Assembly: GCA_963720755.1 (NCBI GenBank)
Contig: CAVRGP010000002.1
Span: forward strand, 224,001-288,000
Direction of reading: 5' to 3'
Source of the DNA: an uncultured Chloroflexia bacterium
GTDB lineage: Bacteria > Chloroflexota > Limnocylindria > Limnocylindrales > CSP1-4
Length of the DNA: 64,000 bases
Every line of letters starts with the position of its first letter. Within the stretch, counting starts at the first letter, position 1. Position numbers and translations under genes: made by a program. A model generated the notes under the pieces. It did no database searches, was not told the origin of the DNA, and worked only from the letters and a program-made list of their open reading frames with translations. This document shows, in pieces, positions 1 through 9,941 of the stretch.

Positions 1-68
1 ACACGGTGGTCGTCAACGTTCCGTACCGCCCCGAGGACGTGGATCCGACCAACTCGGCCGCGGCGTAG
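1..68 (+). CDS. 3' end of an unidentified CDS (partial)
   Basis: Frame 3 reads TVVVNVPYRPEDVDPTNSAAA* with GC3-rich codons, ending in TAG at 66-68. Confidence 0.5.
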   Translation, partial: TVVVNVPYRPEDVDPTNSAAA

Positions 69-98
69 GACGCGTCGCCTGCGAAGGTCCTCGGAATC

Positions 99-135
99 AT
101 GCCGGACGACCCACCCCTTCGATGCCGGACGACCC
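99..135 (+). promoter_or_regulatory. 14-bp direct repeat upstream of ABC operon (putative regulator binding site)
   Basis: ATGCCGGACGACCC at 99-112 and 122-135 (23-bp period). Confidence 0.5.
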
Positions 136-239
136 TGTGCGTGATCCGTCGCCGACGCTAGAACGTCCTTGCGCTGGATGGCACCCGTCGCGCGCGTGCC
201 CGTCGATGGTGCCGCGCTCACGCGAAGGAGTGGGGTGAC

Positions 240-1175
240 ATGACGGCCATCGTCGTCGAGGGGCTGGTCAAGGACTACGGAAGCGTTCGCGCGGTCGACG
301 GGGTCTCGTTCACTGTCGAAACGGGCGAGATCTTCGCCCTGCTCGGCCCGAACGGTGCCGGCAAGACGACGACCGTCGAGATCCTGGAAGGCCATCGCCA
401 TCGGACGGCCGGCACCGTGTCGGTGCTCGGCGAGGATCCGGGGACGGCCAGCCGCGGGCTGCGCGAGCGGATCGGCATCGTCCTGCAGGAGGTCGGGTTC
501 GACGAGGATTTCAGCCCGCTCGAGCTCGTCACCCTGTACGGGCGCATGTACCCGCGCCACCTGGATGCCGGCGATGTCCTTGACCTCGTTGGCCTCGCGG
601 ACAAGCGCGCTGCGCGGGTGAAGACCCTGTCGGGTGGCCAGCGTCGCCGCCTCGACCTCGCACTCGGCCTGGTCGGTGACCCCGAGATGCTCTTCCTGGA
701 CGAGCCCACGACCGGATTCGACCCTGGTGCCCGCAGGAAGGCGTGGGAATTGGTCGGGAACCTGCGCGCGCTCAATAAGACGGTGCTGCTGACGACGCAC
801 TACATGGACGAGGCGGAACACCTCGCCGACCGGGTCGCCGTGATCGTCCGTGGACACCTCGTTGCCATCGGGACGCCCGAGGAGCTCCAGGCGGCCGACA
901 AGGCAACGTCCGTCCTGTCGTTCCGACTTCCGACCGGCGTCGAGATCAGCGAGCTTCCCGCGCTCGACGGTGCCGTTGTCCACGACGGCCTCCAGTGGCG
1001 ACTCTCGACAGCGAACCCGACCCAGTCGCTCAACACGCTGACGTCGTGGGCGGTCGCGCGCGGCGTCGAGGTGCCATCGCTGGCGGTCAACCGCCCGTCG
1101 CTCGAAGACACTTATCTCGGGCTGGTCGCCGATTCCGGAGCGGACGAGTCTGCGGGCACGGCGGTGCCGCGATGA
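240..1175 (+). CDS. ABC-2/DrrA-type exporter ATP-binding protein
   Basis: Walker A GPNGAGKTT, signature LSGGQ, Walker B LFLDEP, H-loop TTHYM; AGGAG upstream. Confidence 0.95.
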   Translation: MTAIVVEGLVKDYGSVRAVDGVSFTVETGEIFALLGPNGAGKTTTVEILEGHRHRTAGTVSVLGEDPGTASRGLRERIGIVLQEVGFDEDFSPLELVTLYGRMYPRHLDAGDVLDLVGLADKRAARVKTLSGGQRRRLDLALGLVGDPEMLFLDEPTTGFDPGARRKAWELVGNLRALNKTVLLTTHYMDEAEHLADRVAVIVRGHLVAIGTPEELQAADKATSVLSFRLPTGVEISELPALDGAVVHDGLQWRLSTANPTQSLNTLTSWAVARGVEVPSLAVNRPSLEDTYLGLVADSGADESAGTAVPR

Positions 1176-2980
1176 GCACAGCCGCGACGCTCCACACTCC
1201 TCCCGTGCTTGCCGCCGGCCGGCCCGGCCCGGAGCGCCTGCTGCTCGACCAGTCGGTCTACGCGGGTCGGGAGCTGTGGCGGTCGCGTCTCGCCCTGATC
1301 TTCACGTTCGGGCTTCCGCTGATCTGGCTCACGCTGATCGGGATCATGGCCGGGAACGACGCCGTCGACGAGACGAGCGGTGTTCGCGTCATGCAATTCG
1401 TCACGCCGACGGCCGCGGTCATCGGCATGATGTTCGCGGCCTATCCACCCGTCGCCTACGGCCTGGGCCAGGCTCGCGAACAGGGGATCCTCAGGCGACT
1501 CGCGGGGACGCCGCTGCCGTCCTGGGCGTACCTCGCCGGGCGAGCAGTCGCGGCATTCGTGCTTGCCCTCAGCGCCGTGGCGGTCATGCTGCTGGTCGGC
1601 GTGCTCGCCTACGACGTCCAGATCATCTGGCGGACGTTCCCGGCAACCATCGTCACCGTCACCTTCGGGATCGTCTCGTTCACCCTGCTTGGACTGGCGG
1701 TCGGCGCCGTCGCTCGGTCGGCGTCGGGCGCGCAGAGCATCGCGACGGGCACGGCTGTTGCCGCCGCATTCGTGTCGGGGCTGTTCACGATCGGCCTGCA
1801 GCTGCCCGCGACGCTCGAATCCGTGGCGAGCTTCCTGCCGGTGCAACCCCTCGCCATCGCCCTGAGGAACCAGTTCAACCCGTTCATGGAAGGGAATGGT
1901 TGGGATGTACGAGCGCTGGTCGTGCTGGCCGTCTGGGGGATCGCAGGCCTCCTCGTCGCCGTGTGGGCGCTTCGCCGGACACCCGTGACCGCACGATCCG
2001 TTGCCTCCGCGCCAACTCCGGCCGCAGCCGCCCGAAGCGTGTCGACTCGCCCGGCCGGCGCCGGTCCGCTCGGGATGCTCCTCGACCAGATCTCGTGGGC
2101 CTCCCGCGGCTCGCTGCGCGACGCCGGCGTGGTCTTCTTCGCCGTGGCGATGCCGGTGGGGCTCTACGCGCTCATGGCGGCGTCGTATCCGAGCGAAGGT
2201 CTCGATGGGGCCGGCAGACTGTTCAACTTCGTCTTCGCCTGCTCGATGGCGGTGTATGGGATCGCTGTCGTCGGGTTCATCAACAACCCCGAATCGGTGG
2301 CGACGGCTCGGGAACGACGGGTGCTGAAGCGATTGCGCGGCACGCCCCTTGCGTCATGGCAGTATCTCGCGGGCCGGACCGCGGCCGTGATCTGGATCGG
2401 AGCGCTCACCGCGGTCCTCGTCTTCGGCGTCGGGATCACGTTCTTCGGCGTGCACCTCGCCGGACCCGCAGGGCTGGTGACCGCGGCGCTCGTACTCCTG
2501 CTCGGGACGTTGACGCTCGCCGCCTGTGGCTATGCCCTGGTGGCGCTCACAACGAGCCGGCGGGCGGTCGCGACGGTCGGGCTCGGCATCTTGCTCCCGC
2601 TCGCCTTCTTCTCCGACATCTTCGTCGTCGGGAATGTCCCAGACTGGATGGCCACCGTCGGGTCGCTCTTCCCGCTTCGTCACTTCGTCCACGCCCTGAT
2701 GGACTCGCTCGACCCTGCTGGAACGTCGGTCAACGGGTCGGACCTCGCCGTTATGGCGGCCTGGCTCGTCGGCGCCTCCGTGGTTGCGATCCGTCGGTTC
2801 CGTTGGGAGCCCGAAGGGGGAGGCACGGTCGGGGCCGCCGCCCTCGATGGCGGACCCCGCCATGGGATCCGCTCGCGGTTGGCTGGGCGTCGACGCCACC
2901 GGCTCCGAGACCACCTGCGCGGGATGCGACCCAAGTCGGAAGCCTTGGACGATCAGCCGGAGACGCGCGCGGGTCCCTGA
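1172..2980 (+). CDS. ABC-2 permease with two tandem permease domains
   Basis: ATGA overlap with the ATPase stop; two repeats of the motif RE.G/R.L.RL.GTPL..W.YLAGR and two sets of about 6 TM helices. Confidence 0.9.
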   Translation: MSTAATLHTPPVLAAGRPGPERLLLDQSVYAGRELWRSRLALIFTFGLPLIWLTLIGIMAGNDAVDETSGVRVMQFVTPTAAVIGMMFAAYPPVAYGLGQAREQGILRRLAGTPLPSWAYLAGRAVAAFVLALSAVAVMLLVGVLAYDVQIIWRTFPATIVTVTFGIVSFTLLGLAVGAVARSASGAQSIATGTAVAAAFVSGLFTIGLQLPATLESVASFLPVQPLAIALRNQFNPFMEGNGWDVRALVVLAVWGIAGLLVAVWALRRTPVTARSVASAPTPAAAARSVSTRPAGAGPLGMLLDQISWASRGSLRDAGVVFFAVAMPVGLYALMAASYPSEGLDGAGRLFNFVFACSMAVYGIAVVGFINNPESVATARERRVLKRLRGTPLASWQYLAGRTAAVIWIGALTAVLVFGVGITFFGVHLAGPAGLVTAALVLLLGTLTLAACGYALVALTTSRRAVATVGLGILLPLAFFSDIFVVGNVPDWMATVGSLFPLRHFVHALMDSLDPAGTSVNGSDLAVMAAWLVGASVVAIRRFRWEPEGGGTVGAAALDGGPRHGIRSRLAGRRRHRLRDHLRGMRPKSEALDDQPETRAGP

Positions 2981-3130
2981 GTCGTCAAGCCACCGCGTGA
3001 CCATCCATGGCCGATCTCGTAACGTTCTCGGGACGATGCATCGGGAGGATAGCGGATACTCACAGGAGCCCTGACGGCACGGCGGCGCGGCCCACTGTCG
3101 GTCCTGGTGCGCCGTCGTGAAGTCCTGCGA

Positions 3131-3634
3131 TCAGAGTTCCGTGGGAGCCGCCCCCAGGAGAAGATCCCACGCGTTCTGGGTGCCCACGATGATGTTGACC
3201 AGCGCCGCGGCGGCGACCAGCCAGAGGGCCGGCTCCCGATCGAGCGCAAGGCCGACGGCAGCCGCCGCCAGCACCCCCATCGCGACCGTCGGGACCACGA
3301 AACGGAAGATGATCCCGCGCGTGCTGTGCCGCCTCCGACGTGCGGCGGCGAAGGCTCCGATGGTGGACCAGCTCCCGAAGACCGCGATCGCCAGGAGCAA
3401 GCCGGCCTGGGTCGTCGGCCGACCCTCAGGGATGAGCATCGTCAGCGAGATCAGCAAGGGATAGAACAGGCTCGTGCCCGCCTCGACCGAGAGTGCCCGA
3501 ACCGGGACCTCGCCGCGCGCCCGCTCGAAATGGATCGACAGGCCGACGAACACGAGCCCGAGGAGTACGGCAGCAGCGCCAGCCAGTGCGACATAGAACT
3601 CGCTCCACTCGGCGAGCGCCTCCGCGGTGGTCAC
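3131..3634 (-). CDS. Hypothetical integral membrane protein
   Basis: GTG overlaps the upstream TGA; WSEFYVALAGAAAVLLGLVFV start and about 5 hydrophobic helices. Confidence 0.75.
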   Translation of the reverse strand: MTTAEALAEWSEFYVALAGAAAVLLGLVFVGLSIHFERARGEVPVRALSVEAGTSLFYPLLISLTMLIPEGRPTTQAGLLLAIAVFGSWSTIGAFAAARRRRHSTRGIIFRFVVPTVAMGVLAAAAVGLALDREPALWLVAAAALVNIIVGTQNAWDLLLGAAPTEL

Positions 3635-4371
3635 GAGGCGGGGCGGCCGACGACGGGGCTGGCGTTCCGGATCATCCGAACTGCCGCATCGATCCCATCG
3701 ACCCAAGGCTCCCCGTGTCCCGGCAACACGAGGCCCGCATCGAGGCCCACAAGACGCGACAACGATGCGACGGCCTGGGCCGGATCGGCCGTGAACGGCG
3801 CGATCCGCGGACCGCGATCACCGGTCGTGACCGCGTAGGTCGCCAAGGCATCCCCGACGAAGAGTGCGCCGAGGCGGGGTACGTGGAGCGCCGCGCTGCC
3901 CGGCGTGTGGCCCGGAACCAGCACGACGCGTGGGCTGCCGGGAACGTCCAGCGTCGCTTCGTCGCCGAAAGTGGACACCTCGGTGATGACCGGACGCCGG
4001 AGCCCGCCCCGGAGCAGCGAGAACCACAGGAAACCCATCAGCGGCCGCAGCCGGGTGGCGCCCATGCCCTTCGAAGGGTTCGGAACTTCTCCACGTGCCA
4101 GAGCGGCATCCGCTTCCTCGATCCAGACCGGGACTCGGTGCTCGCGTCGAAGCCGTTCGGCGAATCCGATGTGATCGCTGTGACCGTGGGTCAGGACGAG
4201 TGCCCGAACGTCGCCGATCGAGCGGCCCATGGATGCGAGCTCGGCCTCCAGTTGCCCGTAATAGCCGGGCACACCGGCGTCGATGATCGTGACCTCGCCC
4301 GCATCGTCGATGACGTAGGAGTTGACGATGCTGTCGCTTCCGATCCTGTTGATGCCTGGTGCGATCTTCAT
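3631..4371 (-). CDS. MBL-fold metallo-hydrolase
   Basis: THGHSDH, PGHTPG, GD and PGHG metal-binding motifs. Confidence 0.92.
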   Translation of the reverse strand: MKIAPGINRIGSDSIVNSYVIDDAGEVTIIDAGVPGYYGQLEAELASMGRSIGDVRALVLTHGHSDHIGFAERLRREHRVPVWIEEADAALARGEVPNPSKGMGATRLRPLMGFLWFSLLRGGLRRPVITEVSTFGDEATLDVPGSPRVVLVPGHTPGSAALHVPRLGALFVGDALATYAVTTGDRGPRIAPFTADPAQAVASLSRLVGLDAGLVLPGHGEPWVDGIDAAVRMIRNASPVVGRPAS

Positions 4372-4469
4372 CGGCTGGTTCCGGACGCGTCCATGCCGCT
4401 AGCATGACGAACGTTCGGTACTGTCGTCGGGATGGCCCAGTTCGGTGTGGTCCCGCACGTCCGGTTGGT

Positions 4470-4780
4470 TCAGTTCCAGACGACCACGAGCGCCACGGCA
4501 GAAACATACAGTCCGATCCCATAGACCGTGTGGGTGGCGAGATTCCGTAGGTGTGTCGCTCGAGGATCGGGCGTCCCAGACGGCGCGATGCCAGCGCCCA
4601 TCCCCGGCTGCAGCACGAACCAAGGGGGACGATCGTGCCCAGACCGATCGCCAACGCCGGCCAGATCGTTGGGGTTCTGGCCCAATCGAGGCTCCAGACC
4701 CCGAGCAACAGGAAGGCGAGCGTGACGCCGATCGCATAGTGGGCAAGCCACCCGAGGGCACGCTCTCCCGCGACCGGCCC
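4470..4780 (-). pseudogene. DUF2938-like membrane protein fragment (N-truncated, frameshifted near 4625)
   Basis: Joined frames read GERALGWLAHYAIG...PTIWPAL...WFVLQPGMGAGIA..TPDP...LATHTVYGIGLY, which matches my recollection of this family. Confidence 0.6.
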
Positions 4781-4953
4781 TATGGACGCTCGAGCGTGTG
4801 CGGTCGTCGCTTGTTGCCTCCTATAGTCTATGGAACCCGAACCCGGTCCGTTCCGCGAGCGATGCCTCGCGAAGTCGCGACGAACCCGACGGGGTGACGG
4901 TCAAAAGGAGGCAGCGATCACGCGCTGCCCCACGAACAACGGAGGAACGTTCG

Positions 4954-5319
4954 ATGCTCACGCTCATGTCCGGCCTGCCAGATAGCGTGGTCGCCATCGA
5001 GGCTTCGGGCAAGGTCGAGGCCGATGACTACCGGACGGTGTTGGATCCCGCGGCGGCGGCGGCGATGAAGGCGCATGAGAAGGTGCGGCTCCTGTACGTG
5101 CTTGGCGATGCCTTCACGGGCTACAGCGCGGCGGCGATGTGGGAGGACACCAAGATCGGCTTTCACGACCTGTCCGCCTGGGAGCGCATCGCGGTCGTCA
5201 CCGACCACGGCGCCATGGCCGATGCCATCCGCGTCTTCGGGTGGCTGATCCCGGCCGAGGTCCGCACCTATCCGACCGGCCAGCTGACCGACGCCAAGGT
5301 CTGGGTCAGCGAGCCCTAG
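4954..5319 (+). CDS. STAS/SEC14 (SpoIIAA-like) domain protein
   Basis: GGAGG RBS; G.V..DY, AMWEDTKIG, WERIAVVTD and A..WV motifs. Confidence 0.85.
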   Translation: MLTLMSGLPDSVVAIEASGKVEADDYRTVLDPAAAAAMKAHEKVRLLYVLGDAFTGYSAAAMWEDTKIGFHDLSAWERIAVVTDHGAMADAIRVFGWLIPAEVRTYPTGQLTDAKVWVSEP

Positions 5320-5327
5320 CCCTGCGA

Positions 5328-6143
5328 ATGCCGCCGGACGAGCAGCACTCGAACGCCGAGAGCGCGGCGTACAACGACGCTTTTTGGCGTGACTATCTGA
5401 CCCACCCCAATTCGATGCTTCGGATCGGGCGACGGGTCTTCAGTCGCATCCCGAGCGACCCGCGATGCCATCAATGTGCTGCTCCGTTCACGGGCCCGGG
5501 GGCGCCGTTCATGCGCGCCCTCGGCAAAGGGCGATCCCCTGGCAACCCGAACATGTGCAGCACGTGCCATGACTTCATGATTCGCCATCACGGCGGCGCG
5601 GAGGTCGAGGCATCGCTCCTGTTCGCCGACGTCCGCGGCTCCACCACCCTGGCCGAATCGATGTCCGCAGGCGCGTTCCGCAACGCGATGGATCGGTTCT
5701 ACACGGCCGCATCCAGCGCGGTGTTTGCGCACGACGGCATCGTCGACAAGTTCGTGGGTGACGAATTGGTGGCCGTCTTTCCACCCAACCTGAGCGGTCG
5801 ACGCCACACCGCGCAGGCTCTCGAAACAGGACGGGCGCTCCTGCTGGCGACCGGCCATGCCGATCCGGGCGGCCCGTGGATCCCGGTCGGAGCCGCCGTC
5901 CATACCGGCCGGATGTGGTTCGGCGCCGTGGGCGACGGCGGGCACACCGAACTCACCGTCCTCGGCGACACCGTCAACACGACCGCACGCCTCGCCGCGG
6001 CTGCTGGCGCCGGCGAGATCCTGGTATCGGCAGAGGCGGCCACAGCAGCCGGACTCGATCCGAACCTTGAGCGCCGCTCGCTGGAACTGAAGGGCAAGGC
6101 CGAGGCCACGGAGGTCGTGTCGGTTCGGGTCGCGCCGGCGTGA
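5328..6143 (+). CDS. Class III adenylate/guanylate cyclase with N-terminal CxxC...CxxC domain
   Basis: FADVRGST, DKFVGDE, GDTVNTTARL; N-terminal CHQC and CSTC. Confidence 0.88.
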   Translation: MPPDEQHSNAESAAYNDAFWRDYLTHPNSMLRIGRRVFSRIPSDPRCHQCAAPFTGPGAPFMRALGKGRSPGNPNMCSTCHDFMIRHHGGAEVEASLLFADVRGSTTLAESMSAGAFRNAMDRFYTAASSAVFAHDGIVDKFVGDELVAVFPPNLSGRRHTAQALETGRALLLATGHADPGGPWIPVGAAVHTGRMWFGAVGDGGHTELTVLGDTVNTTARLAAAAGAGEILVSAEAATAAGLDPNLERRSLELKGKAEATEVVSVRVAPA

Positions 6144-6155
6144 GGCCGGCCTGGC

Positions 6156-6629
6156 TTAACCCACCGCTTTCTTCACGAGCTCGGTGATTCGTTCCTCGTT
6201 GGCCGTGGTCAGCTCGGTCAGCGCATAGGACGTCGGCCACATCGTCCCGTCGTCGAGGCTTGCGTGCTGGTCGAAGCCGAGCGTCGCGTATCGCTCCTTG
6301 AACTTCGACTTGGCCTTGAAGAAGAGGATGACCTTGCCGTCCCTGGAGTAGGCCGGCATCCCGTACCAGGTTCGTGGCACGAGGGACGGCGCGTTGGTCG
6401 TCACGATCGCGTGGATCCGCTCGGCCATGGCGCGATCGGGCTCGGGCATCTCGGCGATCTTCGCGAGCACGTCGCGCTCACCCTCGACGCGTTCGTCTCC
6501 ACCCTTGCGGCGCGACGCGGCCTTGCGCTCACGGGCGCTCTCCTGCATCGCGGCTCGCTCTTCGTCGGTCCAGACGTTGTCGGAAGTCGGAGTGGCGCTC
6601 TTCTTGACGGTCTGCTTTGAGTCGGTCAT
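6156..6629 (-). CDS. DUF1801/YdhG-like protein
   Basis: WYGMPAY..DGKV..FF....[11 protein letters not shown] and MWPTSYAL motifs. Confidence 0.85.
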   Translation of the reverse strand: MTDSKQTVKKSATPTSDNVWTDEERAAMQESARERKAASRRKGGDERVEGERDVLAKIAEMPEPDRAMAERIHAIVTTNAPSLVPRTWYGMPAYSRDGKVILFFKAKSKFKERYATLGFDQHASLDDGTMWPTSYALTELTTANEERITELVKKAVG

Positions 6630-6642
6630 GTGCGATCCCACC

Positions 6643-7074
6643 TCAGGCTGTCGCCTTCTGGGCGGCCTTGCCCTGCTGGAGGATCCGGATCGGGTTGCCG
6701 AACGGATCGCGAAGGCCCAGGTCCGTGCCGTAGAAGTGATCGGTGGGCTCCTGCGTGAAATCGGCCACACCACGCTCCTTGAGCGTCTCGTACAGGGCCC
6801 GGGCATCGTCGGTGATGAACACGAGGCCGCCCAGGGCTCCCTTGGTGATCAGCTCCCGCAGCTGCGCGGCGGTGGCTTCGTCGTGCAGGGGCGGACCTGG
6901 CCGCTCCAGCGAGACCTCGGTGCCCGGCTCGCCCGGGACCCGGACGGTGAGCCAGCGGTAGTCGCCCTGGCGGACGTCGTTGCCCTTCTCGAGTCCGAGT
7001 TTGTTGACGTAGAAGTCCAGCGCCTCGTCCTTATCGAGGACGTAGATCGAGGCGACATTGAGCCTGGTGATCAT
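6643..7074 (-). CDS. VOC/glyoxalase family protein
   Basis: D.ALDFY..KLG, RWLTV and RDPFGN motifs. Confidence 0.9.
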   Translation of the reverse strand: MITRLNVASIYVLDKDEALDFYVNKLGLEKGNDVRQGDYRWLTVRVPGEPGTEVSLERPGPPLHDEATAAQLRELITKGALGGLVFITDDARALYETLKERGVADFTQEPTDHFYGTDLGLRDPFGNPIRILQQGKAAQKATA

Positions 7075-7106
7075 CGTGTGCGGTCTCCCTGGTGTCGATT
7101 TGGACT

Positions 7107-7568
7107 TCACTCACCGTAGGGCGGCAGCGCCGCGGCCGCTTCTCCAAAACTGCTCGATTGCCTGGGTTCCGCGACGGCCGCCAGCGGCCGCATCGCCGCG
7201 AGCTGGACACAGTGCGGCGCGACGATCGGCCCATGGCCAAGGCGGTAGCCGGACGGCGTCTCGCCCACGATCTCCCGGAATGTTCGACTGAACGTCCCAA
7301 GGCTGGTGAAGCCGACATCGAAGCAGATGTCGGTCACGCTTCGATCCGTCTCGCGCAGGAGGAACATCGAGCGCTCGACCCGTCGCCGCTGCAGATAGCG
7401 GTGCGGCGTCTCGCCAAAGACGGCACGGAAGCTGCGGCTGAAATGCGCTTCGGATAGACACGCCACCGAGGCCACCGCCGCCACGTCCAGGGGATCAGCG
7501 TAGGCGCGGTCCATGGCGTCGCGTGCGCGCAGGAGACGCCGGTTCAGGTCTTCGATGTCTCGGCTCAC
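7107..7568 (-). CDS. AraC-family transcriptional regulator (HTH only)
   Basis: HFSRSFRAVFGETPHRYLQRRR and VGFTSLGTFSRTF; heads an AraC-VOC-DUF1801 operon. Confidence 0.92.
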   Translation of the reverse strand: MSRDIEDLNRRLLRARDAMDRAYADPLDVAAVASVACLSEAHFSRSFRAVFGETPHRYLQRRRVERSMFLLRETDRSVTDICFDVGFTSLGTFSRTFREIVGETPSGYRLGHGPIVAPHCVQLAAMRPLAAVAEPRQSSSFGEAAAALPPYGE

Positions 7569-7651
7569 GCTGCAACGCTACGCCATCGACGGGGAAAGGC
7601 GCTCCGGTGGCGTTGGCGGCGCCATCGGTCGGTCGCCTCGGACGGGTCGAC

Positions 7652-8782
7652 CTAGCTCACTCTCGCCTCGCCGACCAGCGCCGGGGTTGTCGACCTGGTT
7701 CCGGCCTGTCGGCCGGCCAACCGCGTCGCGATCCCATCCACGATCTCGGCGGCGTCGGCACCGACGCCGCCCACAAGTGGAGACAGGAAGCCCGTTTGGA
7801 ACGGCAGCCCCACGAACGACAGTCCGGGTTCGCCCACGACCGCGCCTCGCTCGTGGCGCGGCAGCCCGCCCGGTCCGAGGATCGGCAGGTGGATCCAGTC
7901 GAAGGCGGGGCGGAACCCCGTGCACCAGATCACCGAGTCGATCTCGAGTACCCGTCCGTCGACCAGGACCGGCTGGCCATCCCGCAGACCTTCGACCCGC
8001 GCCACGCGCTCGACTCCGGCACGGTCCAGATCCGACGGCCGGACGCGGATGACCGGGGCGGAGCCGTGACTGCCCATCCGGTCACGCATCCGGCGCCCGA
8101 TCGGCGTGTTGAGCGTGAGCGCCCGCCGCGCGAAGGCGAAGAACGGGGCCCCGCCCCGGATGCGGGCGATCCGCGGCAGGAAGGTGCTAGGGCCGGCGAG
8201 ACTGACCCGACGACCGGCCTGGGCCAGCTCGAGGGCGATCTCCACGCCCGAGTTGCCGCCACCGACGACGAGGACCGAGGCGCCGGGCGCCGACCCTGGG
8301 TCGCGGTAGGCGAGACTGTGAAGCTGCCGGATGCCCGGGTCCAGCGTATCGGCGAACGGCGGCACGAAAGCCGCCGACAGGAAGCCGGTCGCCACAACCA
8401 CCTCGCTCGCCTCGAACCGTCGGTCGCCGGCGGCGAGCGCGAACGAGCCTGCGGAGCGGTCAAGGCTGTCGACCCGCACGCCAAGCGAGATCGGAGCCTG
8501 ATTGTGCGTGGCGTACGCGAGGAGGTAGTCGGCCATCTGGTCCTTGGTCGGCAAGCCCGCCGCGGGGAGCGGGAACGGCATCCCAGGCAATCCGTCGATC
8601 CCGGCCGGCGTGAAGAGACGCAGCGAGTCCCAGCGGTCACGCCACGTGTCGCCGACCTGGGCGCCGGCATCGAGGACCACGTGCTCGATGCCCGTCCTCG
8701 TCAGGTGGTGGGACGTCGCGAGGCCCGCCTGTCCGCCGCCGATCACGACCACGTCGTGCTGCTCCGTCATCGTCGACGTCAT
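7652..8782 (-). CDS. Flavin-containing monooxygenase (class B FMO-like)
   Basis: GGGQAG FAD motif, WRDRWDSLRLFTP, QLHS..Y, GGGNSG NADPH motif, CTGF. Confidence 0.9.
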   Translation of the reverse strand: MTSTMTEQHDVVVIGGGQAGLATSHHLTRTGIEHVVLDAGAQVGDTWRDRWDSLRLFTPAGIDGLPGMPFPLPAAGLPTKDQMADYLLAYATHNQAPISLGVRVDSLDRSAGSFALAAGDRRFEASEVVVATGFLSAAFVPPFADTLDPGIRQLHSLAYRDPGSAPGASVLVVGGGNSGVEIALELAQAGRRVSLAGPSTFLPRIARIRGGAPFFAFARRALTLNTPIGRRMRDRMGSHGSAPVIRVRPSDLDRAGVERVARVEGLRDGQPVLVDGRVLEIDSVIWCTGFRPAFDWIHLPILGPGGLPRHERGAVVGEPGLSFVGLPFQTGFLSPLVGGVGADAAEIVDGIATRLAGRQAGTRSTTPALVGEARVS

Positions 8783-8783
8783 G

Positions 8784-9230
8784 TCAGTCGCCCTCCTTCG
8801 TCGCCGGTGCGTAGCCCAGTTGCTGGAACATCCCGAGCTGGTCGGCCACGCCCCAGTGCTCGGCGACGCGTCCGTCCTCGATCCGCGCCAGGTCGAACAC
8901 GTCGACCGACACACGCTGCCCGGTCGGGGCGAGACCGTTCACCGGCCCGGTGTTCGTGCCGGTCACCAGCATCCGCAGCCACACGCGGTCGCCCACCACG
9001 GCGAGGTCCTCGATCCGGAACTCGAGGTCGGACAGCCAGCCGTGGAGTCTGGACACGAACTCGTGAACGCCCGCGACGCCCTGCCCGTGGCCGCGCTGGT
9101 GCTCGATGCAGTCCGGGGCGATCAGTTCGTCGATGATCGTCCGATCGTTGTGGGCGAACCCCACCTCGATCAGCCGGTGCATCCGTTCCGCGACGTCGAT
9201 GGTGGTCGGTGGCTCGAGCATCTGGCACAC
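8784..9230 (-). CDS. SnoaL-like ester cyclase (NTF2 fold)
   Basis: GTNTG....APTG..V and GRVAEHWG..D.LGMFQQLG. Confidence 0.88.
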   Translation of the reverse strand: MCQMLEPPTTIDVAERMHRLIEVGFAHNDRTIIDELIAPDCIEHQRGHGQGVAGVHEFVSRLHGWLSDLEFRIEDLAVVGDRVWLRMLVTGTNTGPVNGLAPTGQRVSVDVFDLARIEDGRVAEHWGVADQLGMFQQLGYAPATKEGD

Positions 9231-9257
9231 TCCGTTCTGGGGTCCGTCTCCACATGA

Positions 9258-9293
9258 TAGAGTTCAACTCTAATCTAATAGAGCGGTACTATA
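9258..9293. promoter_or_regulatory. TetR operator pair between divergent genes
   Basis: Perfect inverted repeat TAGAGTT-C-AACTCTA (9258-9272), degenerate copy TAGAGCGGTACTATA (9279-9293), -10-like TACTAT 6 nt before the ATG at 9299. Confidence 0.7.
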
Positions 9294-9298
9294 GCGAC

Positions 9299-9922
9299 AT
9301 GCCAGAGTCTGTCAACCCGAGGCCGTCACTTCGCGCCGAGCAGGCCGCGCTCACACGACGACGCATCGCGGACGCCGCTCGCCTGCTGTTCGTCCGCGAC
9401 GGCTACGGCGCGACCACCCTCCAGGCGATCGCCGACGAGGCCGGGGTCGCCGTGCAGACGGTGTACGCCGTGTTTCGCTCAAAGCCCGGCATCATGCGCG
9501 AATTGCGGGACTCGATCGTCTTCCAACCCGAAGCCGACGAGCGCTTCCGGGAGTCGATGGCGATCGGCGCGTCCGGCGACGCCGGAGCCGCCCTCGACGC
9601 GTTCGCGGCGTCGATCCGGATCCGCTGGGAGGTCGGGGCCGACGTCGTCCTGGTCGGTCGGGAGGCAGGATCGACCGACCCTGGGCTGCATGCCGAGGGG
9701 AACCAGCCGTACGAGCGACGACGCGGCGGCCTGCGCGCCCTGGTCGGGGCGATCGAGCCGAGTCTGCGGCCCGGCCTTGAGGCCGATGACGCGATAGCCG
9801 CGCTCGATGCGCTGACGCTGCCCGACGTGTATGTCGAGCTGGTCCGCGGGCTCGATTGGTCACCGGACGCCTACGAGGCCTGGCTCGCTCGTTCGCTCCG
9901 CCGATTGCTGCTGGCAGGCTAG
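9299..9922 (+). CDS. TetR/AcrR family regulator
   Basis: GYGATTLQAIADEAGVAVQTVYAVFRSK helix-turn-helix. Confidence 0.92.
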   Translation: MPESVNPRPSLRAEQAALTRRRIADAARLLFVRDGYGATTLQAIADEAGVAVQTVYAVFRSKPGIMRELRDSIVFQPEADERFRESMAIGASGDAGAALDAFAASIRIRWEVGADVVLVGREAGSTDPGLHAEGNQPYERRRGGLRALVGAIEPSLRPGLEADDAIAALDALTLPDVYVELVRGLDWSPDAYEAWLARSLRRLLLAG

Positions 9923-9941
9923 GGTCTGCCGCCCAGCGGCG

